Of a stretch of DNA of 64,000 nt, positions 29,739-41,072 are shown in pieces. The number at the start of each line of letters is the position of its first letter. Position 1 is the stretch's first letter. The notes beneath the pieces were generated by a model, which was not told the origin of the DNA, searched no databases, and saw only the letters and a list, made by a program, of their open reading frames with translations. The position numbers were made by a program, and so were the translations under genes. Source of the stretch: Synechococcus sp. (GTDB lineage Bacteria; Cyanobacteriota; Cyanobacteriia; Thermostichales; PCC-7336); the NCBI GenBank assembly GCA_051439605.1, contig JBFRWN010000070.1, positions 16,168 to 80,167 on the forward strand, written 5' to 3'.

Positions 29739-30707
29739 GTGTTTGCTTCCACTCTTACCCCCCCAGCTACTCCCCCAATTCCCCAAGACTTGTTTGCGGC
29801 GATCGCCGATCTCAAGCGGGAACTCAACGCGGTAATTCTGGCTCATTACTATCAGGAGTCAGACATCCAGGATATTGCGGACTATATCGGAGATTCTTTG
29901 GGGCTCTCGCGGCAGGCGGCTAGCACCGATGCGGAAGTCATCGTATTTGCTGGAGTTCATTTCATGGCGGAAACCGCCAAGATTTTGAATCCCGATAAGC
30001 TGGTTCTCCTACCCGATTTAGAGGCGGGATGTTCGCTAGCTGACAGCTGTCCCCCTACAGCCTTTGCAAAATTTAAGGCAGCCCACCCCGGTCACATTGT
30101 TATTTCGTACATCAACTGCACGGCAGAAATAAAGGCCCTGAGCGACATCATTTGCACCAGCTCTAATGCCGTCAAAATTGTCCAGCAAATACCGGAAGAC
30201 CAGCCCATTATCTTTGCCCCCGATCGCAACTTAGGCCGCTACGTGTCCGAACAAACGGGGCGCGATTTAGTGTTGTGGGATGGCAGCTGCATCGTGCACG
30301 AAACGTTCTCAGAAAAGAAGATCGTGCGGCTGCAGGTGGAGCATCCGGAAGCAGAGACCCTGGCGCATCCTGAATGTGAAGCCCCTGTATTGCAACTGGC
30401 AGATTATATCGGTTCCACCACTGCCCTGCTGAACTATTGCCAAGCCAGCAGTGCCCCAGAGTTTATCGTGGCCACTGAGCCCGGCATCATCCACCAAATG
30501 GAGAAGCGGGTGCCCCACAAGCGCTTTATCCCAGCTCCCCCTCAGAACGAGACCTGTGCCTGTAACGAATGTCCCTACATGCGTCTCAATACGTTGGAAA
30601 AATTGTACCTGTGCATGAAGAATCGCGCCCCAGAAGTGGATGTACCGGAACCCGTGCGATCGCGAGCGCTCAAACCCATACAGCGCATGCTGCAAATGAG
30701 CGTTTAA
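29739..30707 (+). CDS. nadA: Quinolinate synthase
   Basis: AHYYQ, GDSL, AGCSLA, SYINC, SCIVH, HPEC and CPYM. Confidence 0.97.
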   Translation: MFASTLTPPATPPIPQDLFAAIADLKRELNAVILAHYYQESDIQDIADYIGDSLGLSRQAASTDAEVIVFAGVHFMAETAKILNPDKLVLLPDLEAGCSLADSCPPTAFAKFKAAHPGHIVISYINCTAEIKALSDIICTSSNAVKIVQQIPEDQPIIFAPDRNLGRYVSEQTGRDLVLWDGSCIVHETFSEKKIVRLQVEHPEAETLAHPECEAPVLQLADYIGSTTALLNYCQASSAPEFIVATEPGIIHQMEKRVPHKRFIPAPPQNETCACNECPYMRLNTLEKLYLCMKNRAPEVDVPEPVRSRALKPIQRMLQMSV

Positions 30708-30893
30708 ACCCAGTGGGTCAATCCATGGGATGGCTGCAGTCCGATCCGCTGCCCGTAGCAACACCCTAAAGAATGGACAGCTACGAAGCCGCTGGTGTGC
30801 TTCTCCGCAATTCAATCTCCGCGATCGCTCCCCGCAGGATTCGCGACCAAACAGCTAGGGTGGAGACACAGCCCTGTTGGAGATTATCCGAGC

Positions 30894-31592
30894 ATGCGTC
30901 ACTCCTACCTACTACCACTGGCGGCAATCGCCCTTGTGTTGGGGGCTTGTTCGTCAGATGTCAGTCAGTTGGAAAAAACAGGCAGCTGCCCCGGCTGTAG
31001 TCTCAATCGGTCGACTTTTCAGGGTCGCGATCTAAGCCGCGCCAACCTCATCGATGCCCAGCTCAATCGAGCTAAATTACAGGCAGCAGATCTGAGCGAA
31101 TCGCGCCTGCGCAATGCCAGTCTGAGCCGCGCCAATCTCAACTACGCCATCCTTACCCGCGCCCAACTGCAGGGGGCGGACTTGAGCAATGCTACTTTCA
31201 AGGGCGCTGACCTACGGTTTGCGGATCTCTCTAGAGCTAATTTGACTGGAGCGGATCTGCGGGAGGTGGACTGGGGACAAAACGACTTGCAGGAAACGAT
31301 TGCAGACAACTTACCTCTGTGGAAGGAACTACTGCAGGAGGCCGTGACAGAAGAAGCGAATATAGAAGAATTTGAGGAAATGAGCCCACAGGAGATGCTA
31401 GAGCTTGAGGGGGAGGAGTTGGCCAAAGTCCTAGCCATCACAGCATTGGTGCAAGGGACAGATATGGCCAGCGAACACCTGCAGGATGCCCTCTCTAGTA
31501 CCCCAAACCTTCGCAATGCTATCTACGACAGTTCCACCCGCTTTCCTGAGGGATTTGACCCCGAATCAGCTCAAATGCGGTTGGTTGAATAA
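30894..31592 (+). CDS. Pentapeptide repeat lipoprotein
   Basis: Lipobox LGAC after MRHSYLL (ATG at 30894), CPGC and pentapeptide repeats. Confidence 0.85.
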   Translation: MRHSYLLPLAAIALVLGACSSDVSQLEKTGSCPGCSLNRSTFQGRDLSRANLIDAQLNRAKLQAADLSESRLRNASLSRANLNYAILTRAQLQGADLSNATFKGADLRFADLSRANLTGADLREVDWGQNDLQETIADNLPLWKELLQEAVTEEANIEEFEEMSPQEMLELEGEELAKVLAITALVQGTDMASEHLQDALSSTPNLRNAIYDSSTRFPEGFDPESAQMRLVE

Positions 31593-31607
31593 TGGCGCCC
31601 CCTCGAC

Positions 31608-33404
31608 TTATCCACCCACCCACAACACATCTGTTTTGAGAAACTCCTCTGCCTCTGCTGCATTTAACGGCATCGAAAAAAAGTACCCCTGACCGTATTC
31701 GCAACCCATCTGTCTTAACTGCTCCACCAATTCAAGGCTTTCCACCCCCTCGGCGATCGCCGTCATACCTAAGCTGTGGGCCAATGTTACGATGGCTTGA
31801 ACAATGGCAGGGTTACCTTCGTCTTGGCCCATTTCCCGAACGAAAGACTGGTCAATTTTAAGGGTGTTGAGGGGCAGCTTGAGCAAGTAACTCATGGAGG
31901 AATAGCCCGTACCAAAATCATCCAGACATAGTTGAATATGACGATCGCGCAGTTTCTGCAGAAGGCGGCGAGCTGATTCGGGGTTCACCATTAGGGCACT
32001 TTCGGTGAGCTCTAATTTGAGCTGACCTCCACGGAGTGGAATCTCCCCCAGCGTACGATCGATTTCGCTCAGTAAGTCAGAACGGATAAGTTGACGAGGG
32101 GATATATTGACGCTCATCCACAGCGGGCGATCGCGTCCTTTCTGCCATATTTGTAGCTGTTGACAAGCCTGCTGCAGGCTCCAGAGACCGATCCGATCGA
32201 TCTCTCCGGTTTCTTCGGCGACGGGTATAAACTCTGCGGGGGACATGTCGCGATCGGGATGATTCCAGCGCACGAGGGCTTCAAATCCAGAAATTTCGCC
32301 CGTTTTGAGGGCAATGATGGGCTGGTAATACAGCTCCATTTCATCTTTGGCGATCGCCTGACGCAGGTCGTTTTCTACATAAAGGCGATCGCTGACTCGT
32401 TCGTGCATCACCGCTTCAAACAGCTTGACGCTCCCCGGCCCTTCATTTTTAGCTTCGTACATGGCGGCATCCGCCTCTCGCATCAGGGTTTCGGGATTGG
32501 TGTTATGGGCCCGACCAAACGCGATCCCCGCACAAAAATCAATATAGACTTCCCGCCGCTGCAATTCAAACGGTTTTTCCAGCAGGGCTCGGACGGTTAA
32601 CAGCACGTTGAAGGCCTCTCGGTCCGTGGAGGCCCGAGAGGCAATCAAGCCAAACTCATCCTCCCCCAACCGCGCCAAGAAGATACTTTCGGGCAGGTTA
32701 ATTCTTAGACGATTGCCAAGCGCCTTTAGGGCTTTATCGCCCTCGCTATGTCCTAACGAGTCATTAATGACTTTGAAGCGATCGCAATCAATCAATATCA
32801 GTGCAAATCCTTTTTCTTGCCCTTGTTTAAGACGGTGAAATTGCTCTCTTAAGTGCTGTAGTAAATTCAGGCGGTTGGGCAGGCCCGTCAAGCTGTCGTA
32901 GAGGGCCATTCGCTCTAAAGTACGGGTGCGTTCCTTAACTTGAATTTCTAGCCGCTCGCTCCATTGCTGTAGTTCGCGATGTTGTCGCTGTAGAGCAAGA
33001 TGACTGGCCACCCTCACCAAAACCTCTTGGGGTTGAAAAGGTCTCATGATGTAGTCGCTACCCCCTACCTCGAAGGCGCGGACTTTATCTTTAATGTCTT
33101 CGAGAGTGCTAATAAAAACAACAGGAATATTCTGCGTGAGCTTGTCTGCCTTGAGGCGAGTACAAACTTCAAAGCCATTCAACTCTGGCATGTTGATATC
33201 CATCAGGATGATATCTGGCTGATGGGTTTGGGCTAATTTTAGGGCTGAGTATCCGTTGTCGGCCTCGTAAACTCGGTATCCCTCTCGGGTGAGGATTTTA
33301 GACAGGGCCAACCGGTTGACGGAGGTGTCGTCAACAATCAAAATTTCGTCTGAATCAGTGTCAAGATGTGCGGTCGGCATAACGCCTTTGCGAGAGTGGG
33401 CCAA
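31608..33404 (-). CDS. REC-GGDEF-EAL protein (degenerate GEDEF, intact-looking EAL)
   Basis: ILIVDD...MDINMP; YDSLTGLPNR...RLGEDEF; FEALVRW, ELTES and DDFGTGYSS. Confidence 0.93.
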   Translation of the reverse strand: MAHSRKGVMPTAHLDTDSDEILIVDDTSVNRLALSKILTREGYRVYEADNGYSALKLAQTHQPDIILMDINMPELNGFEVCTRLKADKLTQNIPVVFISTLEDIKDKVRAFEVGGSDYIMRPFQPQEVLVRVASHLALQRQHRELQQWSERLEIQVKERTRTLERMALYDSLTGLPNRLNLLQHLREQFHRLKQGQEKGFALILIDCDRFKVINDSLGHSEGDKALKALGNRLRINLPESIFLARLGEDEFGLIASRASTDREAFNVLLTVRALLEKPFELQRREVYIDFCAGIAFGRAHNTNPETLMREADAAMYEAKNEGPGSVKLFEAVMHERVSDRLYVENDLRQAIAKDEMELYYQPIIALKTGEISGFEALVRWNHPDRDMSPAEFIPVAEETGEIDRIGLWSLQQACQQLQIWQKGRDRPLWMSVNISPRQLIRSDLLSEIDRTLGEIPLRGGQLKLELTESALMVNPESARRLLQKLRDRHIQLCLDDFGTGYSSMSYLLKLPLNTLKIDQSFVREMGQDEGNPAIVQAIVTLAHSLGMTAIAEGVESLELVEQLRQMGCEYGQGYFFSMPLNAAEAEEFLKTDVLWVGG

Positions 33405-34609
33405 GTATCGAGTGGGCTAGTCGGACTCTGTGAGCAGAGCGGTGAGGATGGGCTGAATTGTATACGACCCCCATTGTTGGCGCAGTCTTTTGGGCCTTAG
33501 AACACCCGCACAAGAGCAGTCGGGGGAGAAAGTTGTTGGGGAGGGGTTTGTTATTCCGGAATTAACCATCGGCTACTGAAATAACTCATAGATGCCCATC
33601 CTCAACAATATCGAGTATACATTGTTTATTTTATTGCTCTACATGGGTTGATTTGTTAACAGAAATATTCTCCAGAAACACTTAATTAGGCTGGCATCAA
33701 TCGGGAATGGTGTCGAGGGCGAGCAAGCTGAAGCGCTGTAGGGAGAGATGGACGATTGCTAACAACGGAACTTATGGGGCTGGTAACTCATTGGCACTCG
33801 TTGTGAAATAGATATGTGCCGATGCCAAAAAGTTCCTGCGTCTAAGTCGTTTTTACTCTTCTCGATCGTGGCTTTAACAAGCCAAGGATCTTTCGACCGA
33901 ACATTGCTCGAAGATTTTTCAGCAGTCCCCATTTAGGCAGTTTCAACCCCTTGCCTTTGAGCTGTTGAATGATGCCGTTGTTCTCAAAATATAGCTTATG
34001 GTGTCCGCGTCTATGTTTTCGCCACTGAGGATGATGCCGACACGACCTTTTGCTTGAACAGTTCCGCTGAGGATGGTGGTCGCCGGGCCGAGGTCGTGGC
34101 CCACCCTGGCGATCGCTTGGGCATGGTTACCGGAGGAAAAGGTGATGAGGCCTCGGTTCCGCTCTGTTGGGGTGAGTTGGGAGATAGCGTTGTAAGCTCC
34201 CCGGTATTTAAATGCGCCAATTTTCTGTAAGTTTCTCGCATTTGAAGAAGAGTTCTGCCCCCATCATCTTGTTTAAGACGCTTGAGCTGGCGATTGGGGT
34301 GATGTGGGCTTTGTCTGATAGACGTTTGCAGCATCGAGTACGCAATCGCTCGTGCAAGGTTCCATACAGTTGAGTCAGCCACTGAAACGACTCATATCAT
34401 TGTGGCAAGGAACTACGAACCCAATACTCTACTTGTTGGCAGATCGGGTGAGATCTCGTTCACTCACTTTTTCGTTTTTCTCATGCAGGCAAAGTGACAA
34501 AAAGTTTATAGCGGACGATCGGTCGGCTGTCCTCTTTACAATGGAATTGTAGGAGATAGAGCAGATTGCATTTGACAAACAACTCTCCATCGAGTTGAAA
34601 ACAGTAGAC

Positions 34610-35038
34610 ATGACTTCAACATCAGCAGCTATTCACAAACCCCGTAGAAAGAGCGTTCCACGCTCTGAAAACCTGATTCGCCCGCGATCGCACAGCGCGA
34701 TCGCCGAGACGCCTTTAGAACGAGCCTGCATGCAAGTTGCCGAGCGGCTAGCAGCGGTTGAGGCCGAGGAGGAGTTCAATGTTGTTGCTAAGGTTTTTGA
34801 GGTTTTAGACAGAGCTCAACAGGAGCTGCACCAGCAGCGCGTCAAAGAAACTGTTGAATCTGGAAAACGTTTGCGAAGCACAATCGAGACATATCTAAAG
34901 TATGCCTTTAGTTTTGCAATTGTTGGTTTGGGTGCCCTTCTGCTGCAGGGTGGCGAACCCCAGATCGGATATCTATTGCTGGGACTAGGCATTGGCACGA
35001 TCTGTGGCTCTACAATCGAGCTTTCCGAATATAGCTAG
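34610..35038 (+). CDS. Hypothetical protein, coiled-coil plus two C-terminal TM helices
   Basis: ATG at 34610; helical region followed by two hydrophobic segments. Confidence 0.6.
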   Translation: MTSTSAAIHKPRRKSVPRSENLIRPRSHSAIAETPLERACMQVAERLAAVEAEEEFNVVAKVFEVLDRAQQELHQQRVKETVESGKRLRSTIETYLKYAFSFAIVGLGALLLQGGEPQIGYLLLGLGIGTICGSTIELSEYS

Positions 35039-35054
35039 TTGCGGGGGCAATACA

Positions 35055-35282
35055 ATGACCGAATCTTTGGTTTCTGTAGAACAACAATTTGAGTCTTCCG
35101 AGGGGGTATCTAAACCGAATATTGTAGTTATTTTGTCCATTGTTCTGATTGTCTGGGGTCTTATCTCGCTGAGTCTTGCGGCTCTAAATATCTCTGGCAT
35201 CCAAAGCGCGATTAATATTTGGCTGTTTGTGGGTGGATTCAATTTGGCAGTGGGCTTTGCAATGCTCAGTAATCACAGATGA
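35055..35282 (+). CDS. Small two-TM hypothetical membrane protein
   Basis: ATG at 35055, shortly after the previous gene; two hydrophobic helices. Confidence 0.55.
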   Translation: MTESLVSVEQQFESSEGVSKPNIVVILSIVLIVWGLISLSLAALNISGIQSAINIWLFVGGFNLAVGFAMLSNHR

Positions 35283-35482
35283 CCGCTACGGTGCTAGAGG
35301 ATGTTTCGGAATATTTCTGAAGGAGTCTCGATCCCTCAGGTGGATAGTATTTGCTCTGAGGGCAACATTCTTCAGGACAGCCAACAGCGATCGCTGAATG
35401 TTGCCCCCCCGCAGAGGGGAATACAGGACAAAAAAAATGCCCCCATTTCTGGGGATAAGTCATCTAGAGGAAGCAAATCTGA

Positions 35483-36376
35483 CTAAAACTGGCGGCGGGC
35501 AAAAATCATCACCGCGATCGCTAGCAATCCTGTGGCGTAACATAAACTGTACAACGCAGAAAAACCCATGTCTGCGGGGGTAGGTAGTTGGGCGTAAATG
35601 GCGTCATTCTTTAAGTTAAGGCGGGTGAAGTCCGGCAGAATCAAGAACAACCCCTGCATCATAGACTTAGCGACACTGGCCTCCATATTTTGGGCAAATT
35701 GCAGCAGCGTCTGGCTGAGGTGACCCATGACGTACAGGGCCAGCGTCAGCAAGGTGGCTATCAGGGAAGAAGTAATGACTCCGAACAGAAGGGCAGCCCC
35801 CAGGATGACTACCTGCTCAAAAAAGATAAACAGGATGGCAAGTAACAGAGAGGTATAGGGCAGATCCGTTTGCAATATCGCCACTCCCCCCAAATAAATG
35901 GGGGTCATGATGGCAAGTAACACCGAAATCAACACGGCCATGCCAAAGTGCTTACCGACAATCAGTTCCGCTCGGCTCAACGGCTTGGCCACCAGCATAT
36001 ACATGGTGCGCTTTTCAATTTCCTTGTTGATCAGGTTGGGGCCTATGAATGCGGCCACCAGCAACGCCAAAATGTTAATCCCAGCCAATCCTAAGTTAAG
36101 GACAACGGTGACCTCTGCTCCATTAGAAATATCGGGAAGTAGCAGTACAGCCCCCGCCATCACCACTACAAAAAGTAGAACCAAATAGAGAATTTTGTCC
36201 CGTACAGTTTCGCGGAAAACATTATGGGCGATTGCCCAGATACGTTTACCGTTTAACAATCCCAGACCATCCATATTGTATTGGCTTCTCCTTACAGCTT
36301 TTTGATGAGCTGACAGCGCTTTGAGGACCGTCAGCGGTAATGTTGAAGGTGATAGTGTTAGTTTTCCCAATTCCAT
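35483..36376 (-). CDS. ABC-2 type transporter permease (true start probably near 36273)
   Basis: FRETVRDK...KEIEKRT...KPLSR.E.IVGK; multi-TM; ends FARRQF. Confidence 0.88.
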   Translation of the reverse strand: MELGKLTLSPSTLPLTVLKALSAHQKAVRRSQYNMDGLGLLNGKRIWAIAHNVFRETVRDKILYLVLLFVVVMAGAVLLLPDISNGAEVTVVLNLGLAGINILALLVAAFIGPNLINKEIEKRTMYMLVAKPLSRAELIVGKHFGMAVLISVLLAIMTPIYLGGVAILQTDLPYTSLLLAILFIFFEQVVILGAALLFGVITSSLIATLLTLALYVMGHLSQTLLQFAQNMEASVAKSMMQGLFLILPDFTRLNLKNDAIYAQLPTPADMGFSALYSLCYATGLLAIAVMIFARRQF

Positions 36377-36641
36377 GGAATTTTCAGCTCGGATCGTTGT
36401 CAGTCTCCGCCCCTCTGTCCTTGACCCTGCCGGGACTGCCGTGCAGCACAGCCTGCACCATTTGGGTTACGAATCTGTGGAAGGGGTGCGTATTGGTAAA
36501 AACATCACGTTGACCTTGACTGCTGCCGATACAGATACCGCCCGCCAAGATGTGGAAGCGATGTGCGAGAAGCTATTGACCAACCCCGTGATTGAGAATT
36601 ACACCATCGAGATTGAGTCTGTGGCAGCGGCTGTGAGCTAG
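36375..36641 (+). CDS. purS: Phosphoribosylformylglycinamidine synthase subunit PurS
   Basis: LRPSVLDPAGTAV...VRIGK...MCEKLLTNPVIENY; ATG at 36375. Confidence 0.96.
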   Translation: MEFSARIVVSLRPSVLDPAGTAVQHSLHHLGYESVEGVRIGKNITLTLTAADTDTARQDVEAMCEKLLTNPVIENYTIEIESVAAAVS

Positions 36642-36752
36642 GGGCAATCCGATAGGTTTCCCTGCATCGTTCAGAATTCTTGCCAGCAGACTTGAAAGAT
36701 CCAGGCAACCGTTATGTCTTTTTAGGTGAACCATCTATTAGGGTTTAGAGAT

Positions 36753-37481
36753 ATGGGCAAGTGCAAATTTGGGGTAGTGGTATTTCCCGGTTCCAACTGC
36801 GATCGCGATGTGGTGAACGTTACACTCGGTTTACTCGACTGCCCCACCCGCTTAATTTGGCATCAGGATACCGACCTTAGCGATGTGGATGTCGTGGTGC
36901 TACCTGGTGGGTTTAGCTACGGTGACTATTTGCGGTGTGGGGCGATCGCTCATTTCTCCCCGGCGATGCAGGCGGTGAAGGAATTTGCCGATAAAGGGGG
37001 CTACGTGCTGGGCATCTGCAACGGTTGGCAGATTTTGCTGGAGTCCGGCCTCCTACCCGGAGCACTGGTGCGCAACCAGCAGTTGAAGTTTATCTGCGAT
37101 CGCGTAGGCCTCAAGCTAGAGCGTGATGGTTTGCCTTGGACGCAGGGTTATTCGTTAGGCCAGACAATCTCGATGCCCATTGCTCATGGCGAGGGCCGCT
37201 ACTATTGCGATGACGATACACTGAAGCGCTTGGAAGACAACAATCAGGTGGTGTGGCGCTATTGCGATAACGGCAATGGCCTAGCCAATCCCAACGGTTC
37301 CGTCAGTTCCATCGCCGGTATTTGTAACCCAGCTGGCAATGTTTTGGGAATGATGCCCCACCCCGAGAGGGCGGTGGAGGCCATCTTGAATTTGGGCGAA
37401 CCCGGCCAATGTGATGGACTGCCCCTGTGGCAGGGGATTGCTTCTGCTATTGAAGCAAGTGCAGGGTTGGTGTCTGTTTAA
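36753..37481 (+). CDS. purQ: FGAM synthase glutaminase subunit PurQ
   Basis: [28 protein letters not shown] and MPHPER. Confidence 0.97.
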   Translation: MGKCKFGVVVFPGSNCDRDVVNVTLGLLDCPTRLIWHQDTDLSDVDVVVLPGGFSYGDYLRCGAIAHFSPAMQAVKEFADKGGYVLGICNGWQILLESGLLPGALVRNQQLKFICDRVGLKLERDGLPWTQGYSLGQTISMPIAHGEGRYYCDDDTLKRLEDNNQVVWRYCDNGNGLANPNGSVSSIAGICNPAGNVLGMMPHPERAVEAILNLGEPGQCDGLPLWQGIASAIEASAGLVSV

Positions 37482-37584
37482 TTCATCCAGACTAAGATCC
37501 AGAACACCTCCTTACACACTGCCCCTAGCAGATATATCTGCCGCCTTCTTAGGTAGAGTGGGTTCTGGAATTGTGGAGCTTCCC

Positions 37585-38481
37585 ATGCAGTCATGCGTGC
37601 TCAACGCCCCTGGCAAAATCAATCTGTATTTGGAAATTACCGGAGATCGCCCCGATGGGTTTCACAGCGTGGTCATGGTGCTGCAGTCAGTTGAGCTGAG
37701 CGATCGCGTGGCATTAACCCTGCAGCGGGAAGGGATTACTCTCAGTTGCGATCGTCCAGAAGTGCCCAATGACAGTAGTAATTTGGCTTATAAAGCCGCA
37801 GCGTTGCTGAAAAAACACTGCAAATGCGAAGGGGGGGTGGATATCGCGATCGAAAAGCGCATTCCTGTCGGGGCTGGTATGGCAGGGGGATCCACCGATG
37901 CTGCGGCCGTGCTGGTGGGTCTGAATCAACTGTGGAATTTGGGGCTAACGGAACTGGACCTGCAAGATCTGGCCGCAGAATTAGGGTCGGACATCCCCTT
38001 CTGCGTGCGCGGAGGGACCATGTTAGCCATTGGGCGGGGAGAGCAGCTATCCCCCCTGCCCGATTTACAGCCAGTCTCCCTGTTGCTAGGCAAGCATCGC
38101 GATCTTTCGGTGTCCACCGCTTGGGCGTACAAAAACTATTGCGAGCAGCATGCTGGCCAGAGGGGTCCGATTAGCCCGCTCCTTTCGGCGATCGCCCACC
38201 AAGATCTACCCGCCATAGGCCAGAGTCTATATAACGACCTTGAATCCGTTGTCCTGCCCCTCTATACGCAGGTGGAGGCTCTGAAGACCTCAATAAGCTC
38301 TGCCACAGGCAGCCTGGGGGGTATGATGTCGGGCTCGGGACCGACGGTATTTGGCCTATTTAAAACATTAGATGGGGCGAATGCAGCACGCGATTCTTTA
38401 GCCGGATCCTGCCCCGATATCGAGTTTTGGGTCACATTTACCAGCCCAGCTGGAATTTCCATGGTGGAAACTCGGCCTTAG
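37585..38481 (+). CDS. ispE: 4-diphosphocytidyl-2-C-methyl-D-erythritol kinase
   Basis: APGKINL.L, KRIPVGAGMAGGSTDAA, GSDIPF and MSGSG. Confidence 0.96.
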   Translation: MQSCVLNAPGKINLYLEITGDRPDGFHSVVMVLQSVELSDRVALTLQREGITLSCDRPEVPNDSSNLAYKAAALLKKHCKCEGGVDIAIEKRIPVGAGMAGGSTDAAAVLVGLNQLWNLGLTELDLQDLAAELGSDIPFCVRGGTMLAIGRGEQLSPLPDLQPVSLLLGKHRDLSVSTAWAYKNYCEQHAGQRGPISPLLSAIAHQDLPAIGQSLYNDLESVVLPLYTQVEALKTSISSATGSLGGMMSGSGPTVFGLFKTLDGANAARDSLAGSCPDIEFWVTFTSPAGISMVETRP

Positions 38482-38618
38482 CGGTGAGCTCTCTCTATTA
38501 GCTCCCGTCTCGGTCTGATAATGGTCAGCCACAAACTTCCCAATTCAGCCAAGCAACCTAGAGCTCCTCCTCCGACCGGAAGCTAAAATTCACCGATTAT
38601 TGATGTGAAACTTATAAA

Positions 38619-40469
38619 TTGGATGACTATCGTTACAATAGTAGCCATCTTTTCATTTGGGGACTGGTTCTCTTGGCCGATTTCTCCTCCTCCACCATTG
38701 CCATCTCCCCCACATTTGAGGGCACTTGGGATGTTGTAATTGTCGGAAGTGGAGCCGCAGGTCTTTATGCTGCCCTAAGTTTCCCGTCCGACTGGCGTAT
38801 TCTCCTTGTCACGAAAGAAACCCTGCCCACATCCTCCAGCAGTTGGGCGCAAGGGGGAATTGCCGCCGCTACTGAGCCAGATGATTCCCCAAGATTACAT
38901 GCGGCTGACACCCTGCGAGCAGGGGTAGGTCTTTGCGAGCCCGAAGCCGTTAATGTACTGGTTCAAGAGGCTAGCGATCGCATCGAAGAATTACTGCGTT
39001 GGGGAGTGGAGTTCGATCGCGCGAAACAAAACGGCGACCCATCCCCAGAATTAGGTACGCTTCCTTATCGCTTGGCTGTCACACTAGAGGCCGCCCATTC
39101 TCGCCGGCGCGTTTTGCACGTAGCCGATGCCACCGGCAAAGCGTTGGTGCAACGGCTGCTGGCCCGAGTCATTGAAGCCCCTAATATCACGATTTGGGAA
39201 CGGGCTCATGTGGTGGATTTATGGATGGACCAGGGCCGCTGCTGCGGCGCGTACGGAGTTCGCTGGAACGAAGCCTCTTCTTCCACTCCTCCACAAGGAT
39301 TTAGCCTCCGGGCAGGAGCGACAGTTTTGGCCACTGGCGGAGCCGGGCAACTGTATACCCACACCACCAATCCCTCCTCCAGCACTGGTGACGGTCAGGC
39401 GATCGCCTGGCGAGCGGGGGCGGCATTGCGGGACTTGGAGTTTATGCAGTTCCATCCCACAGCGTTAATGGTACCGAATGCTCCTAGATTTTTGATTAGC
39501 GAAGCTGTGCGTGGGGAAGGGGCCCATTTGGTGGATGCCTCCGGCAGAAGATTTGCCTTCGATTACCATCCAGATGGCGAGTTGGCCCCCCGAGATGTGG
39601 TCAGCCGGGCCATTTTCCTTCATCTGCAACAGCGTTCTCCAGAGGAGCCGAACCACGTTTGGCTGGATATGCGCCATCTTGCCCCCAGTACTATTCAGCA
39701 TCGTTTTCCCACCATTGCCAAGGTATGCAAGCGTCACGGAGTGGATGTTTTCTCCCAACTCGTTCCCGTTGCTCCTGCGGCCCATTATTGGATGGGGGGA
39801 ATAGAAACCGATCTGTGGGGAAGAACGTCCCTACCTCAGCTCTATGCCGTGGGTGAAGTGGCTAGTACTGGGGTTCACGGTGCCAACCGCTTAGCGAGTA
39901 ATTCATTACTAGAGTGCTTGGTGTTCGCCCACCGTTTAGCGGCGGCGATCGGCAAAGAAAATAGTCGGTCTGCCTCCTCAGCTATTTCATATGACATCTC
40001 TGCCAGACCTGTGGAGGAGAAAGAATTACCCAATATGGTTTTACCTGTGGGAGGTAAGGACGTGCAGCATCAGACACGGTCATTAGCCAAAATCATGTGG
40101 GATGCCGCCGGTATCTTGCGCAACGCCGATCGCCTGACAGCAGCCTTACAAGAGCTTGAGACTTTACAACCCCCTTCACAATTTCTGAGAAGTGATGGGG
40201 AGTCAAGTCGCCAGTCCCAAGAGACTTTACCAGCAATGGTAGTGCCGCTGCTGCCATACATGCAACGCAGTTTGGAGCTGCGCAATTTACTGACAATTGC
40301 CCCTTTAGTTTTACATAGCACCCTTTTCCGAACCGAAAGTCGTGGAGGCCACTATCGCGACGATTATCCTGCGTCAGACGATCGCTGGTTGGGGCACACT
40401 CGTTGTGTGGCGACGGAAATATTGTTTGCTCCTTTAGGGGCTACTCAACTTCCCGTGACGTCTAGCTAG
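38619..40469 (+). CDS. nadB: L-aspartate oxidase
   Basis: GSGAAGL, WAQGGIAA, EFMQFHPT, ELAPRD and HGANRLASNSLLE. Confidence 0.96.
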   Translation: MDDYRYNSSHLFIWGLVLLADFSSSTIAISPTFEGTWDVVIVGSGAAGLYAALSFPSDWRILLVTKETLPTSSSSWAQGGIAAATEPDDSPRLHAADTLRAGVGLCEPEAVNVLVQEASDRIEELLRWGVEFDRAKQNGDPSPELGTLPYRLAVTLEAAHSRRRVLHVADATGKALVQRLLARVIEAPNITIWERAHVVDLWMDQGRCCGAYGVRWNEASSSTPPQGFSLRAGATVLATGGAGQLYTHTTNPSSSTGDGQAIAWRAGAALRDLEFMQFHPTALMVPNAPRFLISEAVRGEGAHLVDASGRRFAFDYHPDGELAPRDVVSRAIFLHLQQRSPEEPNHVWLDMRHLAPSTIQHRFPTIAKVCKRHGVDVFSQLVPVAPAAHYWMGGIETDLWGRTSLPQLYAVGEVASTGVHGANRLASNSLLECLVFAHRLAAAIGKENSRSASSAISYDISARPVEEKELPNMVLPVGGKDVQHQTRSLAKIMWDAAGILRNADRLTAALQELETLQPPSQFLRSDGESSRQSQETLPAMVVPLLPYMQRSLELRNLLTIAPLVLHSTLFRTESRGGHYRDDYPASDDRWLGHTRCVATEILFAPLGATQLPVTSS

Positions 40470-41072
40470 TCTTTAGCCAATTGGGGTTTTCTAGCAATTC
40501 TTGTCCGAATAATGGCCACAGCGAATTAAAATCACAAAAAAAGTAAGGGGCCGCACAGTATCAGCCCCCAGGAACGTGAGTGGGTATTGGATTCGGGCGC
40601 ACTGACAAGGCAGCTAAATTAGCAGTACTTGCACCACTTAACATGAATCAACTTGAAATTATGAAGCTCGAGCAGCAGAATTGGCAGATAGCCCCAGGAG
40701 CTCCACCAAAAAGCTCGCGCGGTCTTTATTTTTATCTGAAAGCACCGCAGTTAGCACCACTTCTTGGTCAGTGGAGGTCAGATCGTCTGCAGATAAAGCA
40801 TGCTGAACCAACGGTTTGATTAGTTGGAAATCCATCGGAGAGCGTCTGATTCACGACCCCATTAGTATGCACTACGGAAACAGAATGGGTCGTATCCTAC
40901 GATACCTGCAATCTTACGTATATACTTCTAGAAAGTATTGTGCTTATAAGCCAAGTATTTTCACCAGAAAAGAGTTTCTTTTCTGTGTAGAGGGCAACAG
41001 CCAGTACTCTACACTGTGACACTCTCTCAGATTTGCCGCAAGCTAAAAGTATGAATAGTTAAATGTCCAGTT

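Noticed and set aside
19825..31592. 15-bp periodic repeats at 19825-20232 and 30894-31592
   Set aside because: Explained by pentapeptide-repeat coding sequence.
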